A stretch of 64,000 nt of DNA from Elusimicrobiota bacterium (GTDB lineage Bacteria > Elusimicrobiota > Elusimicrobia > Elusimicrobiales > UBA9959), in assembly GCA_027340875.1 (NCBI GenBank), contig DAIENX010000038.1, positions 1-64,000 on the forward strand, in the 5' to 3' direction. The position numbers were made by a program, and so were the translations under genes. The notes below the pieces were generated by a model. It was not told where the DNA came from and searched no databases. It saw nothing but the letters and a program-made list of their open reading frames with translations. This document shows, piece by piece, positions 49,257 through 60,650 of this stretch; position 1 is the first letter of the stretch, and each line of letters opens with the position of its first letter.

Positions 49257-51788
49257 ATGGCAAAACTAACACTTCCTAAGCTTGAAACACATCTCTACAA
49301 AGCCGCCGACATCCTCCGCGGCACCATGGACCACTTCGAGTTCAAGGACTACATCTACGGGCTGCTCTTCCTCAAGCGCTGCTCGGATGTTTTCGAAGCC
49401 GAGCGCGAGACACTTATAAACGAAGCCCTGCGAAGCGGCAAAACCCAGAAGCAGGCCGAGAAGATTGCCGAGGACCCCTCACTGTATAATCTCTTCGTGC
49501 CGGAAAAGGCCTCCTGGGCCTACCTGCGCGACCATGTGCACAGCAATGTGGGCGACGGCCTTGTTAAAGCCCTCCGCACCCTGGAAGAGCACCCGCAGAA
49601 TATCAAGAAACTCAAGGATGTATTCTCCCAGGTGGATTTCACTAAGAAAAGCATTAAGGACGAAAAGTGGCGCGCCCTTATCAAGCATTTCGGAGATTAC
49701 CGCCTGCGCGACGAGGATTTTGACCACCCTGACCTGCTCGGCTCGGCTTACGAATACCTTGTGTACATGTTCGCCGAGACCTCCGGCAAAAAAGGCGGCG
49801 AGTTTTACACCCCGCGTTCCATAATTCCCATGCTGACACGCCTGGTAAAGCCCAAGCCCCGCATGCGCATTTACGACCCCTGCTGCGGCTCGGGCGGCAT
49901 GCTTATTTTCGCCAAGCAGTACGTGGACGAGAACGGCGGCGGCGGGGAAACCCTGTCCCTTAACGGCCAGGAGAGCAACGAAAGCGCCTACGCCATCTGC
50001 CGCATGAACATGATGCTGCACAACTCGGCCGACAGCGCGCGCATAGAGCACGGCGACACCCTGGCCGACCCGCACCACCTCGACGAGCGCGGCGAGCTTA
50101 TGCGCTTCGACCGCGTGATCTCCAACCCGCCTTTCAGCGGCAAGTATTCGCGCGACAAAATAAAATTCCCCGGGCGTTTCTCTTACGGCTATACGCCCAC
50201 TGCCGGCAAGAAGGCCGACCTTATGTTCGTGCAGCACATGCTGGCTGTGCTTAAGAGCGATGGCATGATGACCACCATATTGCCGCATGGCGCCCTTTTC
50301 CGCGGCCAGACCGAGGGAGAAATCCGCAAAGGTTTCCTGAAGGACGACCTGATAGAGGCCATCATAGGCCTGCCTGAAAAACTCTTCTACGGCACGGGCA
50401 TATCCGTCTGCGTGCTGGTAGCGCGGCCCAAAGGCACAAAGCCGCCGGAGCGCAAGAACAAAGTGCTCTTCATCAACGCCGACCGAGAGTACTTCGAAGG
50501 CCGGGCCATGAACTACCTCCAGCCCAAACACATAGAGAAGATCGTCACGGCATTCGAGCAGTACAAAGATATCCCCGGCTATTCCCGCGTGGTATCAATG
50601 AAAGACATAGAGGCCGAAGACTACAACCTCAATATCCGCCGCTATGTGGACAATACCCCGGCCGCGGAGCCGCACGACGGCCGCGCGCACATACACGGCG
50701 GCGCCCCGGAGAAAGAGGTGTGCGCTTTAACCCCACTGCTCGCGCCCTACAACATAAAGCCGGAGAAATATTTCGGCAAGAACGAAAAAGGCTATTTCCA
50801 GATACTAAAGGACTACGACAGCTGCGAAAAGATACTCAAGGCCTTCCAGTCCGAAGAGAACGTGAAGAAAGCCGAAACCGCTATCCTTGAGCATTACGCC
50901 AAATGGTCAGGGCAGGCAAAGAAGCGCTTGGCCGGCATAGATAAAACCAAGGACACGCACAAAGTCAGGGAGGAATTCGTTAAGTCTTTCGTGTCCGGCA
51001 TTGACGGCTCCGGCCTGCTGGACAAATTCACTTCGGTGGGTACGCTGGTGGGCTGGTGGGAAGGCAAGCCGCTGGAAGGGAACACACTTAAAGAAGACCT
51101 TAAGACCGTTATCTCCCACGGTTTCGGCGAGCTTGTGGCCGGCTGGCTGGATATGGTTAATTACCTCGCCTCCGACGAGGCGGAAAAAGACGACGGCGAC
51201 CCTTTCGCCCAGCCTCTGGTTAAGAAACTGATGCCGGAACAGTTGGCCGCTATAGAAGCCGCCCGTTCCGCCGCCGCCGAGCTGGACGCGCAGAAAAAAG
51301 CTTTCGAAGCCGGCGAGCCCGCCGAGGACGGCGAATGGGAAAAGGACGAGGAGTCCAAAGAAACCTATGATGAATTTCTCTCAACGGCGCTGAGAGAAGC
51401 GGAAGGCAGGGCAAAAAAAGGTGACAAGAAGGCCGCTGAGGAAGCGCAAGCCTTGCTGAAAAAGCTCGCCCCGTATGCCGAGATCAGCAAGAAGCTGCGA
51501 GCCGAGAAAAAACAGGTCAAAGAATTGAGCGCGGCATTGCTTAAAGAGCTCCCGAAAAAGGTGGACGGTCTGTCGCCTGAAAATAAAGTGTCGTTGGCGG
51601 TGGACATATTCTTCGACAACCTTCACGCGGATCTTTTAAAAGAAGTGGCCTCCCGGCGCCGCGCCGCCGGCAATGCCGTGGCCAACCTGGTGGAGAAGTA
51701 TGCCATGCCGCTTAAAGTTATAACCGACCAGCGCGATAAGGCCGCCAGGGAACTTGCCGGCTACCTCAAGGAGCTGGGGTATGAGTAA
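49257..51788 (+). CDS. hsdM: type I R-M system methyltransferase subunit (long C-terminal extension)
   Basis: [27 protein letters not shown]. Confidence 0.95.
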   Translation: MAKLTLPKLETHLYKAADILRGTMDHFEFKDYIYGLLFLKRCSDVFEAERETLINEALRSGKTQKQAEKIAEDPSLYNLFVPEKASWAYLRDHVHSNVGDGLVKALRTLEEHPQNIKKLKDVFSQVDFTKKSIKDEKWRALIKHFGDYRLRDEDFDHPDLLGSAYEYLVYMFAETSGKKGGEFYTPRSIIPMLTRLVKPKPRMRIYDPCCGSGGMLIFAKQYVDENGGGGETLSLNGQESNESAYAICRMNMMLHNSADSARIEHGDTLADPHHLDERGELMRFDRVISNPPFSGKYSRDKIKFPGRFSYGYTPTAGKKADLMFVQHMLAVLKSDGMMTTILPHGALFRGQTEGEIRKGFLKDDLIEAIIGLPEKLFYGTGISVCVLVARPKGTKPPERKNKVLFINADREYFEGRAMNYLQPKHIEKIVTAFEQYKDIPGYSRVVSMKDIEAEDYNLNIRRYVDNTPAAEPHDGRAHIHGGAPEKEVCALTPLLAPYNIKPEKYFGKNEKGYFQILKDYDSCEKILKAFQSEENVKKAETAILEHYAKWSGQAKKRLAGIDKTKDTHKVREEFVKSFVSGIDGSGLLDKFTSVGTLVGWWEGKPLEGNTLKEDLKTVISHGFGELVAGWLDMVNYLASDEAEKDDGDPFAQPLVKKLMPEQLAAIEAARSAAAELDAQKKAFEAGEPAEDGEWEKDEESKETYDEFLSTALREAEGRAKKGDKKAAEEAQALLKKLAPYAEISKKLRAEKKQVKELSAALLKELPKKVDGLSPENKVSLAVDIFFDNLHADLLKEVASRRRAAGNAVANLVEKYAMPLKVITDQRDKAARELAGYLKELGYE

Positions 51789-53046
51789 GTGGAATGCCGC
51801 TCTGGGTGATTGTGTTAGTGATTTGACTGATTTTACGGCCAATGGAAGTTTTGCTGATTTAAAGTCAAATGTAACGTATTACAACGATCACAATTATGCC
51901 GCATTAGTTAGGACTACAGACTTAAACAAGAAAGACTTTCGCCCAGAAGTGTTTACTGATGAAAGAGGTTATAACTTTCTCGAAAAGTCTAGGCTGTATG
52001 GCGGGGAAATTGTGCTTGCCAATGTAGGAAGCGTAGGGAAAGTTTTTCGCGTTCCAAAGTCTGACATTAAAATGACCCTTGCCCCCAATGCTTACTTGGT
52101 ACGCTTTAATCCAAAGCAAGTGGATGAAGAGTACATTTTCCAGTTTCTTATTAGCAACTTTTACAAGGGACAACTCTTTAAGGCTATTGGGTCGACCACC
52201 TTGCAGGCAATGAATAAAACCAGTTTTCGTTCAATTCGGTTTTACAAGCCACCTTCATTGCAAGAGCAAAAAAAGATAGCAAGTATTCTGCGCACGGCTG
52301 ACAGTGTTGTCGAAGCGTCCGAGGCGGCGATTGAAAAGTATAAGGGCATAAAGCAGGCCATGATGCACGACCTCTTCACCCGCGGCCTCGACGAACACGG
52401 CAAACTTCGCCCTCTCCAAACAGATGCCCCTGAACTTTACAAACAATCCCGCCTCGGCTGGGTCCCAAAAGATTGGGATGTTGTCCCTATATCTCAGGTG
52501 GCGCAGGTTAATCCGGAAAAGCGCAAAGCCACCGATGCCCCGATTTCTTACATTGACATTGAGAGCGTTTCAGACCTTTCAGTGAAAGCGACTACTGAAT
52601 ATTCTTCCCCAGATATACCAAGTCGCGCACAGATAATTGTACGTAGCGGCGACATAATAACTTCAAATGTGCGGCCTAACCTGAGAGCTTTTGCTCATAT
52701 TGGCAAAAACCTAGATGGCTGCATCTGCTCTACAGGGTTCACAAACCTTCGCCCTTTTGATATTTCATCTGGATATCTATTTGCACAGGTCCAAAATGAC
52801 AGAATCTTTCTTGCTCAATTGCTTGTAAAAACAGTCGGGTCAAGCTACCCTGCCGTAAATTCCACAGACGTTGCCAATGTTGTTATCGTAAAACCAGATC
52901 CGAGCGAACAGACACTGGTAGAACAACGGTTCTCCGCTCTTGACCGCGAAATATATCTCTCTACAGCCCTTCTGTTAAAAACCAAAATGCTTAAGCAATC
53001 TTTGATGTCCGACCTTCTTTCCGGTGAAGTCCCTGTTAAGGCATAA
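51781..53046 (+). CDS. hsdS: type I R-M system specificity subunit
   Basis: Two variable TRDs, [34 protein letters not shown]; overlaps hsdM. Confidence 0.92.
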   Translation: MSKWNAALGDCVSDLTDFTANGSFADLKSNVTYYNDHNYAALVRTTDLNKKDFRPEVFTDERGYNFLEKSRLYGGEIVLANVGSVGKVFRVPKSDIKMTLAPNAYLVRFNPKQVDEEYIFQFLISNFYKGQLFKAIGSTTLQAMNKTSFRSIRFYKPPSLQEQKKIASILRTADSVVEASEAAIEKYKGIKQAMMHDLFTRGLDEHGKLRPLQTDAPELYKQSRLGWVPKDWDVVPISQVAQVNPEKRKATDAPISYIDIESVSDLSVKATTEYSSPDIPSRAQIIVRSGDIITSNVRPNLRAFAHIGKNLDGCICSTGFTNLRPFDISSGYLFAQVQNDRIFLAQLLVKTVGSSYPAVNSTDVANVVIVKPDPSEQTLVEQRFSALDREIYLSTALLLKTKMLKQSLMSDLLSGEVPVKA

Positions 53047-53049
53047 ACT

Positions 53050-56000
53050 ATGACCGATATCCCCGAACTGCCGCCCGAAACCAGCACGCCCACCGAATGG
53101 TCCAAAGTAGAAAGGCCGCTGCTCATGCAGCTAGCCAAAATGGGCTGGAATATAATTATCGGCGACAACGACGTGCCCTACCTCACCAAGCGCGGCGACT
53201 TCCGGCAGGTAATACTTAAGCCCGACTTGGAAGAAGCGATTAAGAAGATCAACACCGGCATCACGCCTATAGAAATAGAACGCGCAATAATAAAACTCAC
53301 CGCCCCGCAGGGTCGCACCCTCATGGAGAAGAACCGCCAATTCCATGAACTGCTGCTCAAGGGCGTGTATATAACCCCCGAAACCGGCACCCGCCAGAAA
53401 AATGTGAAGTTCATGGATTTCGGCACTCTTGAGAACAACTCGTTCAACGCCATAAACCAGTTCCGCGTAGAAACCGACACCGGCCCTGCCATAATCCCGG
53501 ACATAATGCTTTTCATCAACGGCCTGCCGGTGGGCATAATAGAATGCAAAGCCGCGGACCTCCCGGAACCCATGGAGGAAGCCATAGACCAGATGCTGCG
53601 CTATTCCAGCCAGCGGCATTGGGTGGGGGAACCCGAAGGGCGCGAAGACCTTTTTGTCTACAACCAGGTAATGGTGGCCGCAAGCTTTTATAAAGCCCTG
53701 GTCGGGGCAGTAGGCGCGCAGGAGGACGAATACCAGGAGTGGAAAGACACCACGCCCCGCACGCCGGAAGAAGTTGCGGCTGAACTTGGCAAAGAGGGGA
53801 AGATTAAGGCCCAGGAAATTCTGGCCGCCGGCGTTTTAAGGCCGGCCAACCTGCTGGACATAATACAGAACTTCATAATCTTCGACCATTCCGAAGGCCG
53901 CATCAAGAAAGTTATCCCGCGCTACCAGCAGTACCGGGCGGTGGACAAAGCTGTAAACAAGCTCCTAACCTTCACCGGCCCCGCCGGGTCAGAACTAATC
54001 GACAGGCGAGGCGGCGTAATAGGCCACACGCAGGGCTCGGGCAAGAGCATCACCATGGTGTACCTGATACGCAAGATGCGCAACCTGCACGAGCTTCAGC
54101 CGTTCAAGGTAGTTGTTGTAACCGACCGCACCCATTTGGAAGGCCAGCTGCGGGATACTGCAGCCCTTACCGGCGGCCTGATACGCCCGGATGATAATGA
54201 TTCCCGCCTTGGCAAATCCGACACGGACGTGCTCCTTGCAATATTAAAGCAGGAATCCCCCGACGTGGTATTCGCCATGATACAGAAGTACCTGGTGCGC
54301 GACCCCGACGCCGAGGTGCTGGAATATAAACTGCCGGAAAAAGTCGTGGGGCGCGATAAACTCACCGAAGATGAGCGCGTAATGCGCCAGAGGCTGGAAT
54401 CCCCCGAACCCTTCCCCGTGCTGAACAAGTCGGGCCGGATCCTGCTGCTGGTAGATGAATGCCACCGCACCCACACCAGCGTGCTGCACGCCAACCTGCG
54501 CCAGGCGCTGCCCAACGCCATTATAATGGGCTTCAGCGGCACGCCCATAATGAACAACGAGGCCAACGATACCCGCCGCATCTTCGGCGAGATACTGGAC
54601 TCGTACCCGCTGCAGCAGGCCGTTGAGGATAAGGCCACCGTGCCCATCGTCTACGAGGGCAGAACGGCCGAAGGCGCGGTAGAAAGCGCCAGCCAGTTGG
54701 ACGCTAAATTCGAGGACATGTTCAAGGACAAGACCGACCGCGAAATACAGGCGATAAAAGCCAAGTATGCCACGCAGGACGACGTGCTTGAAGCCACAAA
54801 ACTTATTGCAGCCAAAGCTCGGGACATGCTGCTCCATTATGTCACCACTGTAATGCCCAGCGGCTTTAAAGCTCAACTGGTGGCGGTCTCCCGTAAGGCC
54901 GCGGTGATGTACCAGGCAGAACTGCTGGCCGCCCGTGCCGAACTGGTGGCCGAATTGGAAGCTGTCCCTGCGGCAATCCGCGCGCTGCCGGCGGAAGAGC
55001 TTGAAAAACAGCCGCAGCGTACGCAGTTACTGGTGCGGGCGCACAAGCACCTGGCGCTTATAAAGGAACTTGAATTTGCCGCGGTTGTATCCGGAGTTCA
55101 CAACGACCCCGGCCCCTGGCGGCAATGGAGCGATTCCGCCAAGAGGGACGCAAACATAGCCAGGTTCAAGAAGCCGCTTTTCCATAAAGAACCGGCCAGG
55201 CGCGACGCTCTGGCCTTCCTCTGCGTAAAGAACATGCTGCTTACCGGCTTCGACGCCCCCGTGGAGCAGGTGCTTTACCTGGACCGGACCATAAAAGGCC
55301 ACGAGCTTCTGCAGGCTATCGCCCGCGTAAATCGCCGTGCGGCAAATAAATCCTGCGGCTATGTGGTGGATTACGTCGGGATAACCCGCCACCTGGACGC
55401 CGCGCTGGAAGGCTATAAGGCCGGAGATATAGACGGTGCGCTGGTGGACATAACCGCGGAACTTCCGCTGCTAAGGGACAGGCACCAGGCCGTCATTGAC
55501 CTTTTTAAGGCTAACGGCATTGCGGACATCCGCGACACCGAGAAGTGTGTGGACCTGCTGGAAAACAAAAAGATCAGGGCGGAGTTCATAAACAAGGCCA
55601 AAGAGTTTTACCTGAGCCTGAACATAATACTGCCCCGCCCCGAGGCGCTTAAATACATACGGGACGCCAAGATAATAGGCTTCATCGCCCGCGTGGCTGC
55701 CGTGGTTTACCGCGAAGAAGCGCTTAACCTGTTGGGCGCCGAACGCAAGGTTAAGGCTCTTATAGACGAATACATGACGGCCACCGGCATGGCGCAGAAG
55801 ATTGCGCCCATAGCCATCACCGACGCCAAGTTCGCGGAGATAGTGGCCGCACTGGGCTCGGCAAAGAGCCGGGCCAAGGCAATGGCTCACGCCGCGCGCT
55901 ATCATATTACCACGGGCATGGGCGAAGACCCCGCCTACTACAGGAAGTTAAGCGAAAGGCTGGAGGAGATACTCGCCGAGTTTAAGGACAACTGGGTAGA

Positions 56001-56373
56001 GCTGGAGGCGGCGCTCCGCAAATACATCGCTGAAGAGCTGCTGAAAGGGCGCACCGAATCCGTGGCCGGACTGGACCCTAAAACCCATGTTCCCTTCTAT
56101 GCACTTCTTAAAGAAGAGGCAGAAAGGACCACGGGCATGATAGGGGAAGTCAGCAAGATTGCCGCCGTCACCAAAGAAATAGTGGATAAGATAAAGGAAG
56201 CGATCAGCGCGGCTGATTTCTGGACGCATCCGCTGCAGCGGCAGCAGCTTGAGACGGCGCTTAACCGGCACCTGGCGATGGGGGAATTACCAGTAAGCAC
56301 CGAGCGCAGGCAGGAACTGGTTACGCGGCTGGTAGATGTGGCTAAAAGGCTGCACACTAAACTTGTGCAATGA
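53050..56373 (+). CDS. hsdR: type I R-M system restriction subunit
   Basis: PD...INGLP...ECK nuclease, HTQGSGKS, VDECHR, LLTGFDAP, LQAIARVNR. Confidence 0.95.
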   Translation: MTDIPELPPETSTPTEWSKVERPLLMQLAKMGWNIIIGDNDVPYLTKRGDFRQVILKPDLEEAIKKINTGITPIEIERAIIKLTAPQGRTLMEKNRQFHELLLKGVYITPETGTRQKNVKFMDFGTLENNSFNAINQFRVETDTGPAIIPDIMLFINGLPVGIIECKAADLPEPMEEAIDQMLRYSSQRHWVGEPEGREDLFVYNQVMVAASFYKALVGAVGAQEDEYQEWKDTTPRTPEEVAAELGKEGKIKAQEILAAGVLRPANLLDIIQNFIIFDHSEGRIKKVIPRYQQYRAVDKAVNKLLTFTGPAGSELIDRRGGVIGHTQGSGKSITMVYLIRKMRNLHELQPFKVVVVTDRTHLEGQLRDTAALTGGLIRPDDNDSRLGKSDTDVLLAILKQESPDVVFAMIQKYLVRDPDAEVLEYKLPEKVVGRDKLTEDERVMRQRLESPEPFPVLNKSGRILLLVDECHRTHTSVLHANLRQALPNAIIMGFSGTPIMNNEANDTRRIFGEILDSYPLQQAVEDKATVPIVYEGRTAEGAVESASQLDAKFEDMFKDKTDREIQAIKAKYATQDDVLEATKLIAAKARDMLLHYVTTVMPSGFKAQLVAVSRKAAVMYQAELLAARAELVAELEAVPAAIRALPAEELEKQPQRTQLLVRAHKHLALIKELEFAAVVSGVHNDPGPWRQWSDSAKRDANIARFKKPLFHKEPARRDALAFLCVKNMLLTGFDAPVEQVLYLDRTIKGHELLQAIARVNRRAANKSCGYVVDYVGITRHLDAALEGYKAGDIDGALVDITAELPLLRDRHQAVIDLFKANGIADIRDTEKCVDLLENKKIRAEFINKAKEFYLSLNIILPRPEALKYIRDAKIIGFIARVAAVVYREEALNLLGAERKVKALIDEYMTATGMAQKIAPIAITDAKFAEIVAALGSAKSRAKAMAHAARYHITTGMGEDPAYYRKLSERLEEILAEFKDNWVELEAALRKYIAEELLKGRTESVAGLDPKTHVPFYALLKEEAERTTGMIGEVSKIAAVTKEIVDKIKEAISAADFWTHPLQRQQLETALNRHLAMGELPVSTERRQELVTRLVDVAKRLHTKLVQ

Positions 56374-57062
56374 AAGAACTGATAGAGATTGACGACCTGC
56401 GGGTGCGTCTTAAACGCAGCGCCCGGCGCAAGACCGTAGCCCTGGTGGTAGACAGGGTAGGCGGCGTGGAATTGCTGCTGCCGGAAAAGTTGTCCGACGC
56501 TGATGCCGAAGGCATTATAAAACGCAAGCAGCTTTGGATATATAAAACCCTGGACATCAAACGCCGCGGCCTGCACGAGACCGCTGAAAAAGACTATGTT
56601 TCCGGCGAAAGCTTTTTCTTTTCCGGAAGGAAGCATTCCCTGAGCCTGCAGGGCGAGGGAAAAGGATTAACGTTTCACAATGGCAGGTTTTATCTGCCCC
56701 GCGCTCTGGCCGCCAATGGCCGCAAGGCATTTGTGGACTGGTACACGGAGGAAACCAAGACTATTATTTCTGAGCGCATAGATATTTTGAGCCGCCGCGT
56801 GGCGGTATTCCCCGGCAAGGTGACGGTTCAGGACCTGGGCTTTAACTGGGCGTCCTGCGGCAAGGGCGGCCGCCTGTATTTTAACTGGAAGATCGCCATG
56901 CTCCCGCTGGAAATAGTGGATTACCTGATGACGCACGAGTTGATACACCTTAAAGAACCGCGCCACAGCCAGACCTTTTACACCTTGCTGGTCAGGGCAG
57001 TGCCCAATTACAAGCAGCTCGACCGCTGGCTCCTGGAGAACGGCGGGAAGTATCAGATTTAA
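56370..57062 (+). CDS. M48/YgjP (DUF45) family metal-dependent hydrolase
   Basis: WASC, FNWK, DYLMTHELIHL...HSQTF (HExxH); overlaps hsdR. Confidence 0.9.
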   Translation: MKELIEIDDLRVRLKRSARRKTVALVVDRVGGVELLLPEKLSDADAEGIIKRKQLWIYKTLDIKRRGLHETAEKDYVSGESFFFSGRKHSLSLQGEGKGLTFHNGRFYLPRALAANGRKAFVDWYTEETKTIISERIDILSRRVAVFPGKVTVQDLGFNWASCGKGGRLYFNWKIAMLPLEIVDYLMTHELIHLKEPRHSQTFYTLLVRAVPNYKQLDRWLLENGGKYQI

Positions 57063-57107
57063 CTGGCAGTATTATTTTCGCAAGCGATTAGAATTGCGGG
57101 GGGCAAC

Positions 57108-58034
57108 ATGAAAAGCTATTACCGGATAATGTTGGGAAGAAAAAGCATTTACGCGAAGGAATGCTTCGCTGGCAACTTTATAGGGGCACACCTCAGCATT
57201 TCCGAAAATCTTACCGGGAAGTTGCCGGAAGAATGGCGAGAATTCAATCGCAAGTTTATCCCCGTATTCTTAACCGCACATCCTGACAAATCAAGGATTT
57301 CTGCGGGCCTGGCCTGCGGCTATCTCTGGACCATCGCCAAAGGCATAAAGACAGGCGACATCGTAGTTTGTCCCGACGGAGAAGGGCAATATCGCTTTGG
57401 CGAGGTCATTGGAGATTACGTTTACCAGGCCGGGAGTGAAATCCCGCATAGACGGCCTGTCCGCTGGCTCAACTTAGTGGTAGATCGCGCGAACATGAGC
57501 GAGGCGCTGCAGAACTCTACGGGCGCAATAGGTACCGTAAGCGAAATAACCCAATACAGCGAAGAACTTCAAAAACTGATTGGATCCAGCGCGGGCCCAG
57601 TCCTTCACATAGATGACACCACCGTAGAAAGCCCGTCGGCCTTTGCAATGGAAATGCATCTGGAAGAGTTCCTGGTGAAGAACTGGGCACACACAGAGCT
57701 AGGGAAGGAATATGACATTTTTGAAGAAGACGGCGAATGCGTGGGGCAGCAGTATGAAACCGATACCGGCCCGATAGACATACTCGCCATCAGCAAGGAT
57801 AAGAAGAAGCTCTTGGTTGTGGAACTAAAAAAAGGCCGCGCCAGCGACGCTGTTGTGGGCCAGATATCGCGCTATATGGGCTACGTTAAAGACGAGCTCG
57901 CCGAAAAAGGGCAGACCGTCCACGGCGTTATTATCGCCCATGAGGACGACCAGCGCTTCCGCCGGGCTCTTTCGGTAATACCTAATGTGGAGTTTCATCG
58001 TTACCAGGTCAGCTTCAAGTTGGTTAAGGCATAA
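57108..58034 (+). CDS. NucS/DUF91-like PD-(D/E)XK endonuclease with N-terminal PUA/EVE-like domain
   Basis: IDILA...VVELKKG...VGQISRYMG; N-terminal IKTGDIVV...HRRPVRW. Confidence 0.85.
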   Translation: MKSYYRIMLGRKSIYAKECFAGNFIGAHLSISENLTGKLPEEWREFNRKFIPVFLTAHPDKSRISAGLACGYLWTIAKGIKTGDIVVCPDGEGQYRFGEVIGDYVYQAGSEIPHRRPVRWLNLVVDRANMSEALQNSTGAIGTVSEITQYSEELQKLIGSSAGPVLHIDDTTVESPSAFAMEMHLEEFLVKNWAHTELGKEYDIFEEDGECVGQQYETDTGPIDILAISKDKKKLLVVELKKGRASDAVVGQISRYMGYVKDELAEKGQTVHGVIIAHEDDQRFRRALSVIPNVEFHRYQVSFKLVKA

Positions 58035-58042
58035 TCGCTTAA

Positions 58043-59083
58043 ATGAAATCCCGGTCTATAATAGAGCGGCTGTTTAGAAACAAGAACAACCATCTTGAAA
58101 CCACAATTGTGCCTAGCCGCCAAGTTATTAAACTTGGGAAGCACCCGATATATATAGGCCGCACACCCGGCCGCTTTGTGGAATTTCTCGGGCATCAAAG
58201 CGCAGTTGAACTTAGCATCCAAGACGCCCTTGAGGCCCTTGATGCGAATAGGGCAGCAGAAAATATTTTCCCGCTGGCCGCCACCCCAGGATCACACTGG
58301 ATATACTTTGCTCTCTACTCGGTCTGCCGGCAGACACCGGGCCGTTATCCGATGAAGCAATATCTATATTTCCTTTCCACAATACTTAATCGCCGTAATA
58401 CTGGAATAGCAGTTCGTGTACTAAACAGCAGCCCGACCGATGATATACAGGCAATTTCAGAAAACTATAGAGGCGTGCTTGATATCCGCCGCCGGATAGC
58501 CGATTCAGCGGAACGCAAACGTGTTATTTCAACTCATATCCTGGAAAGACTAGACGCTCTTGTACGCAGCGCCCGCAAGGATGATGGGAACTACAGAGGA
58601 TTAGCAAAGGCGTTCCGCTATGCCTGGCTGCACCAGTCCGAAGTACTTCGAACAAACTCACACCATGTCGTGGTGCAAGAGGACGCCCCGGGGGTCTCTC
58701 GCATAGACAATGCTGATTTATTACGGATTTACTCCGGCTACTGGCTTATACGTGCTCTTTACGGCATTTCACTTGAAGAAAATGATGACGTTGATAAGGC
58801 GAAGCGTCTTGACGCCTTAGTAATCCGCAAGTCAGCTAACCTGGCGCAGAGATACCTAAGAGCGCTTTTTGCAATTACCCCTGGCCTTAAACCCAAAATG
58901 GAAGGTGTCCTTTTGCAACTTAGGGAAGCAGAAAGAACCGGGGATCCACCGCTGATTCATGAATACTATAAAAAGCAGGCTGTTGGCGGCCGAATACTTA
59001 ACGGTTTCAGACTGACACGCTTCTGGTCAGTTCTAGGGCAGTTGGATGTGGCTGTTTCAAGGGGGCTGGATGAGAACGTATAA
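58043..59083 (+). CDS. hypothetical protein, first gene of the PLD-helicase triad
   Basis: 346-aa ORF 8 bp after the nuclease gene; overlaps the next gene. Confidence 0.72.
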   Translation: MKSRSIIERLFRNKNNHLETTIVPSRQVIKLGKHPIYIGRTPGRFVEFLGHQSAVELSIQDALEALDANRAAENIFPLAATPGSHWIYFALYSVCRQTPGRYPMKQYLYFLSTILNRRNTGIAVRVLNSSPTDDIQAISENYRGVLDIRRRIADSAERKRVISTHILERLDALVRSARKDDGNYRGLAKAFRYAWLHQSEVLRTNSHHVVVQEDAPGVSRIDNADLLRIYSGYWLIRALYGISLEENDDVDKAKRLDALVIRKSANLAQRYLRALFAITPGLKPKMEGVLLQLREAERTGDPPLIHEYYKKQAVGGRILNGFRLTRFWSVLGQLDVAVSRGLDENV

Positions 59084-60650
59084 TCCCGCCGCCATTGCGA
59101 GTTTTAAAGGGTTGCAAAAATCACTAAAGCAGCTCTTAGAGGTGCACTCCTACACGTTGGACCTTGGCTTTGCTCTTGGTCTTTTAAAGAGGTCAAAAGC
59201 AAAGACTGTCGGATTCCACGTCGATGCCGCCGGGTATCACCCGTCTGAACTTTCGGCAGAAGAATGGCATGAAATAGCAGGCAGTTACAAATTCCATCTT
59301 ACCCCGCGTTACAAGAAGGGGGATGTTTTCCACTCCAAGGCTTGGTTCTTTAAGAAGGCCCTCCTTCTCGGTTCAGCAAATATATCTGTAAGAGAGGCAC
59401 GTGAGAATTTAAACTTTTGGTGCTGGCTGCCCGGTTTGGATGCGGCGCCTATGCGTAAACTTTTGCATGGCAATGGCCCTGCCACGCTTCTTTGGGACTT
59501 ACAGACCACATCTCCAAAACTTAGAGCAGCGCCTATTGCTACCATCAAGGAAGCTATAGGGCAGAACAAAATACGCAGCCTTGTTATTGCGACCCCACAG
59601 CCGCCCAATAAGACCATACTTAAAAAGCTCCTCTCAAATACCACCAAAGATGGCGCTTGTGTTTTTTTCCTTAACGTAGAGTCTCACGCACTTTCAAAGC
59701 TGCCGGGCAACCACAAATGGCCGGTATACAATCTGATTTCGCAGGACAGAAGCGTTGGCCTGCACGGTAAAGCTTTATATGCCGAATGGGGCACCGGGGC
59801 CAAGCAAGGGGCAGTTTTGTATATCGGCTCAGCAAATTTCACCCAAGCAGCATACTGCGGGGACAATATTGAAGCTGGCATTGTTTTTAAGGGCGAAGGG
59901 CCGGCCATGGTAAAGGATTTGCAGGACGCTCTGCTGGTATTGCTGGGAAGGGCTGGGAATCATTCCGGCAAAGAGACCTGGGCAACAGAGAGGTTTTGGG
60001 GCAGATGGGTTAAGGCAGAAGCGGGCACAGGTGAAACCGCGCCGCCGCCTTTTAGGGCGGAAGAAGATTTAGACTTGGCAGAGTTTATAGACTCTTTACG
60101 CGCTAAACACAATCACCTTGCTTTCCCTGCTAAATATGGAAGTAAGCTTATAACACGGGCGGAGCTTTCCGCATCTGACCGAAAAATAAATATTTGGAGT
60201 GCGCGTAAGGGATCACGCCGCAGATTCTCCGGGGTTGTATGGTGTCCAGATTTAACCTTAACGATTACCCTTAATCACAGGACTGAACGGACCATAAATA
60301 TTCCGCCCCTTGCAGGCATAATGGAGGGAATCCAGGAGCATGCGGGGCTTTTAGAATTGCTTTTAACCCAGACAGCCAATTCTTCAGATAAAAGCACTAC
60401 AAAAGGGGAAGGTCCAGGGCGAGACTTCATTTCTATTTATGGCAATGACCCGAGGGTTTTGTTTCCTTGGGATGCCATCGCAGGGAATGGCTATTCCCAC
60501 CTATTGCGGGATAAACACGAACTAAAACGAGCACTCAAATCTATCGATGAAAAACTGCATGAACCGGATAATGCCGAAGAACCACACCGGCTCAGAAAAC
60601 TTGAGAATATCGCCTTTACGCTAAAATGCCTGCTAAATCTAAAAAAATAA
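59070..60650 (+). CDS. phospholipase D superfamily (putative nuclease) protein
   Basis: Two HxK...GSxN motifs: FHSKAW...GSANIS and LHGKAL...IGSANFT. Confidence 0.85.
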   Translation: MRTYNPAAIASFKGLQKSLKQLLEVHSYTLDLGFALGLLKRSKAKTVGFHVDAAGYHPSELSAEEWHEIAGSYKFHLTPRYKKGDVFHSKAWFFKKALLLGSANISVREARENLNFWCWLPGLDAAPMRKLLHGNGPATLLWDLQTTSPKLRAAPIATIKEAIGQNKIRSLVIATPQPPNKTILKKLLSNTTKDGACVFFLNVESHALSKLPGNHKWPVYNLISQDRSVGLHGKALYAEWGTGAKQGAVLYIGSANFTQAAYCGDNIEAGIVFKGEGPAMVKDLQDALLVLLGRAGNHSGKETWATERFWGRWVKAEAGTGETAPPPFRAEEDLDLAEFIDSLRAKHNHLAFPAKYGSKLITRAELSASDRKINIWSARKGSRRRFSGVVWCPDLTLTITLNHRTERTINIPPLAGIMEGIQEHAGLLELLLTQTANSSDKSTTKGEGPGRDFISIYGNDPRVLFPWDAIAGNGYSHLLRDKHELKRALKSIDEKLHEPDNAEEPHRLRKLENIAFTLKCLLNLKK

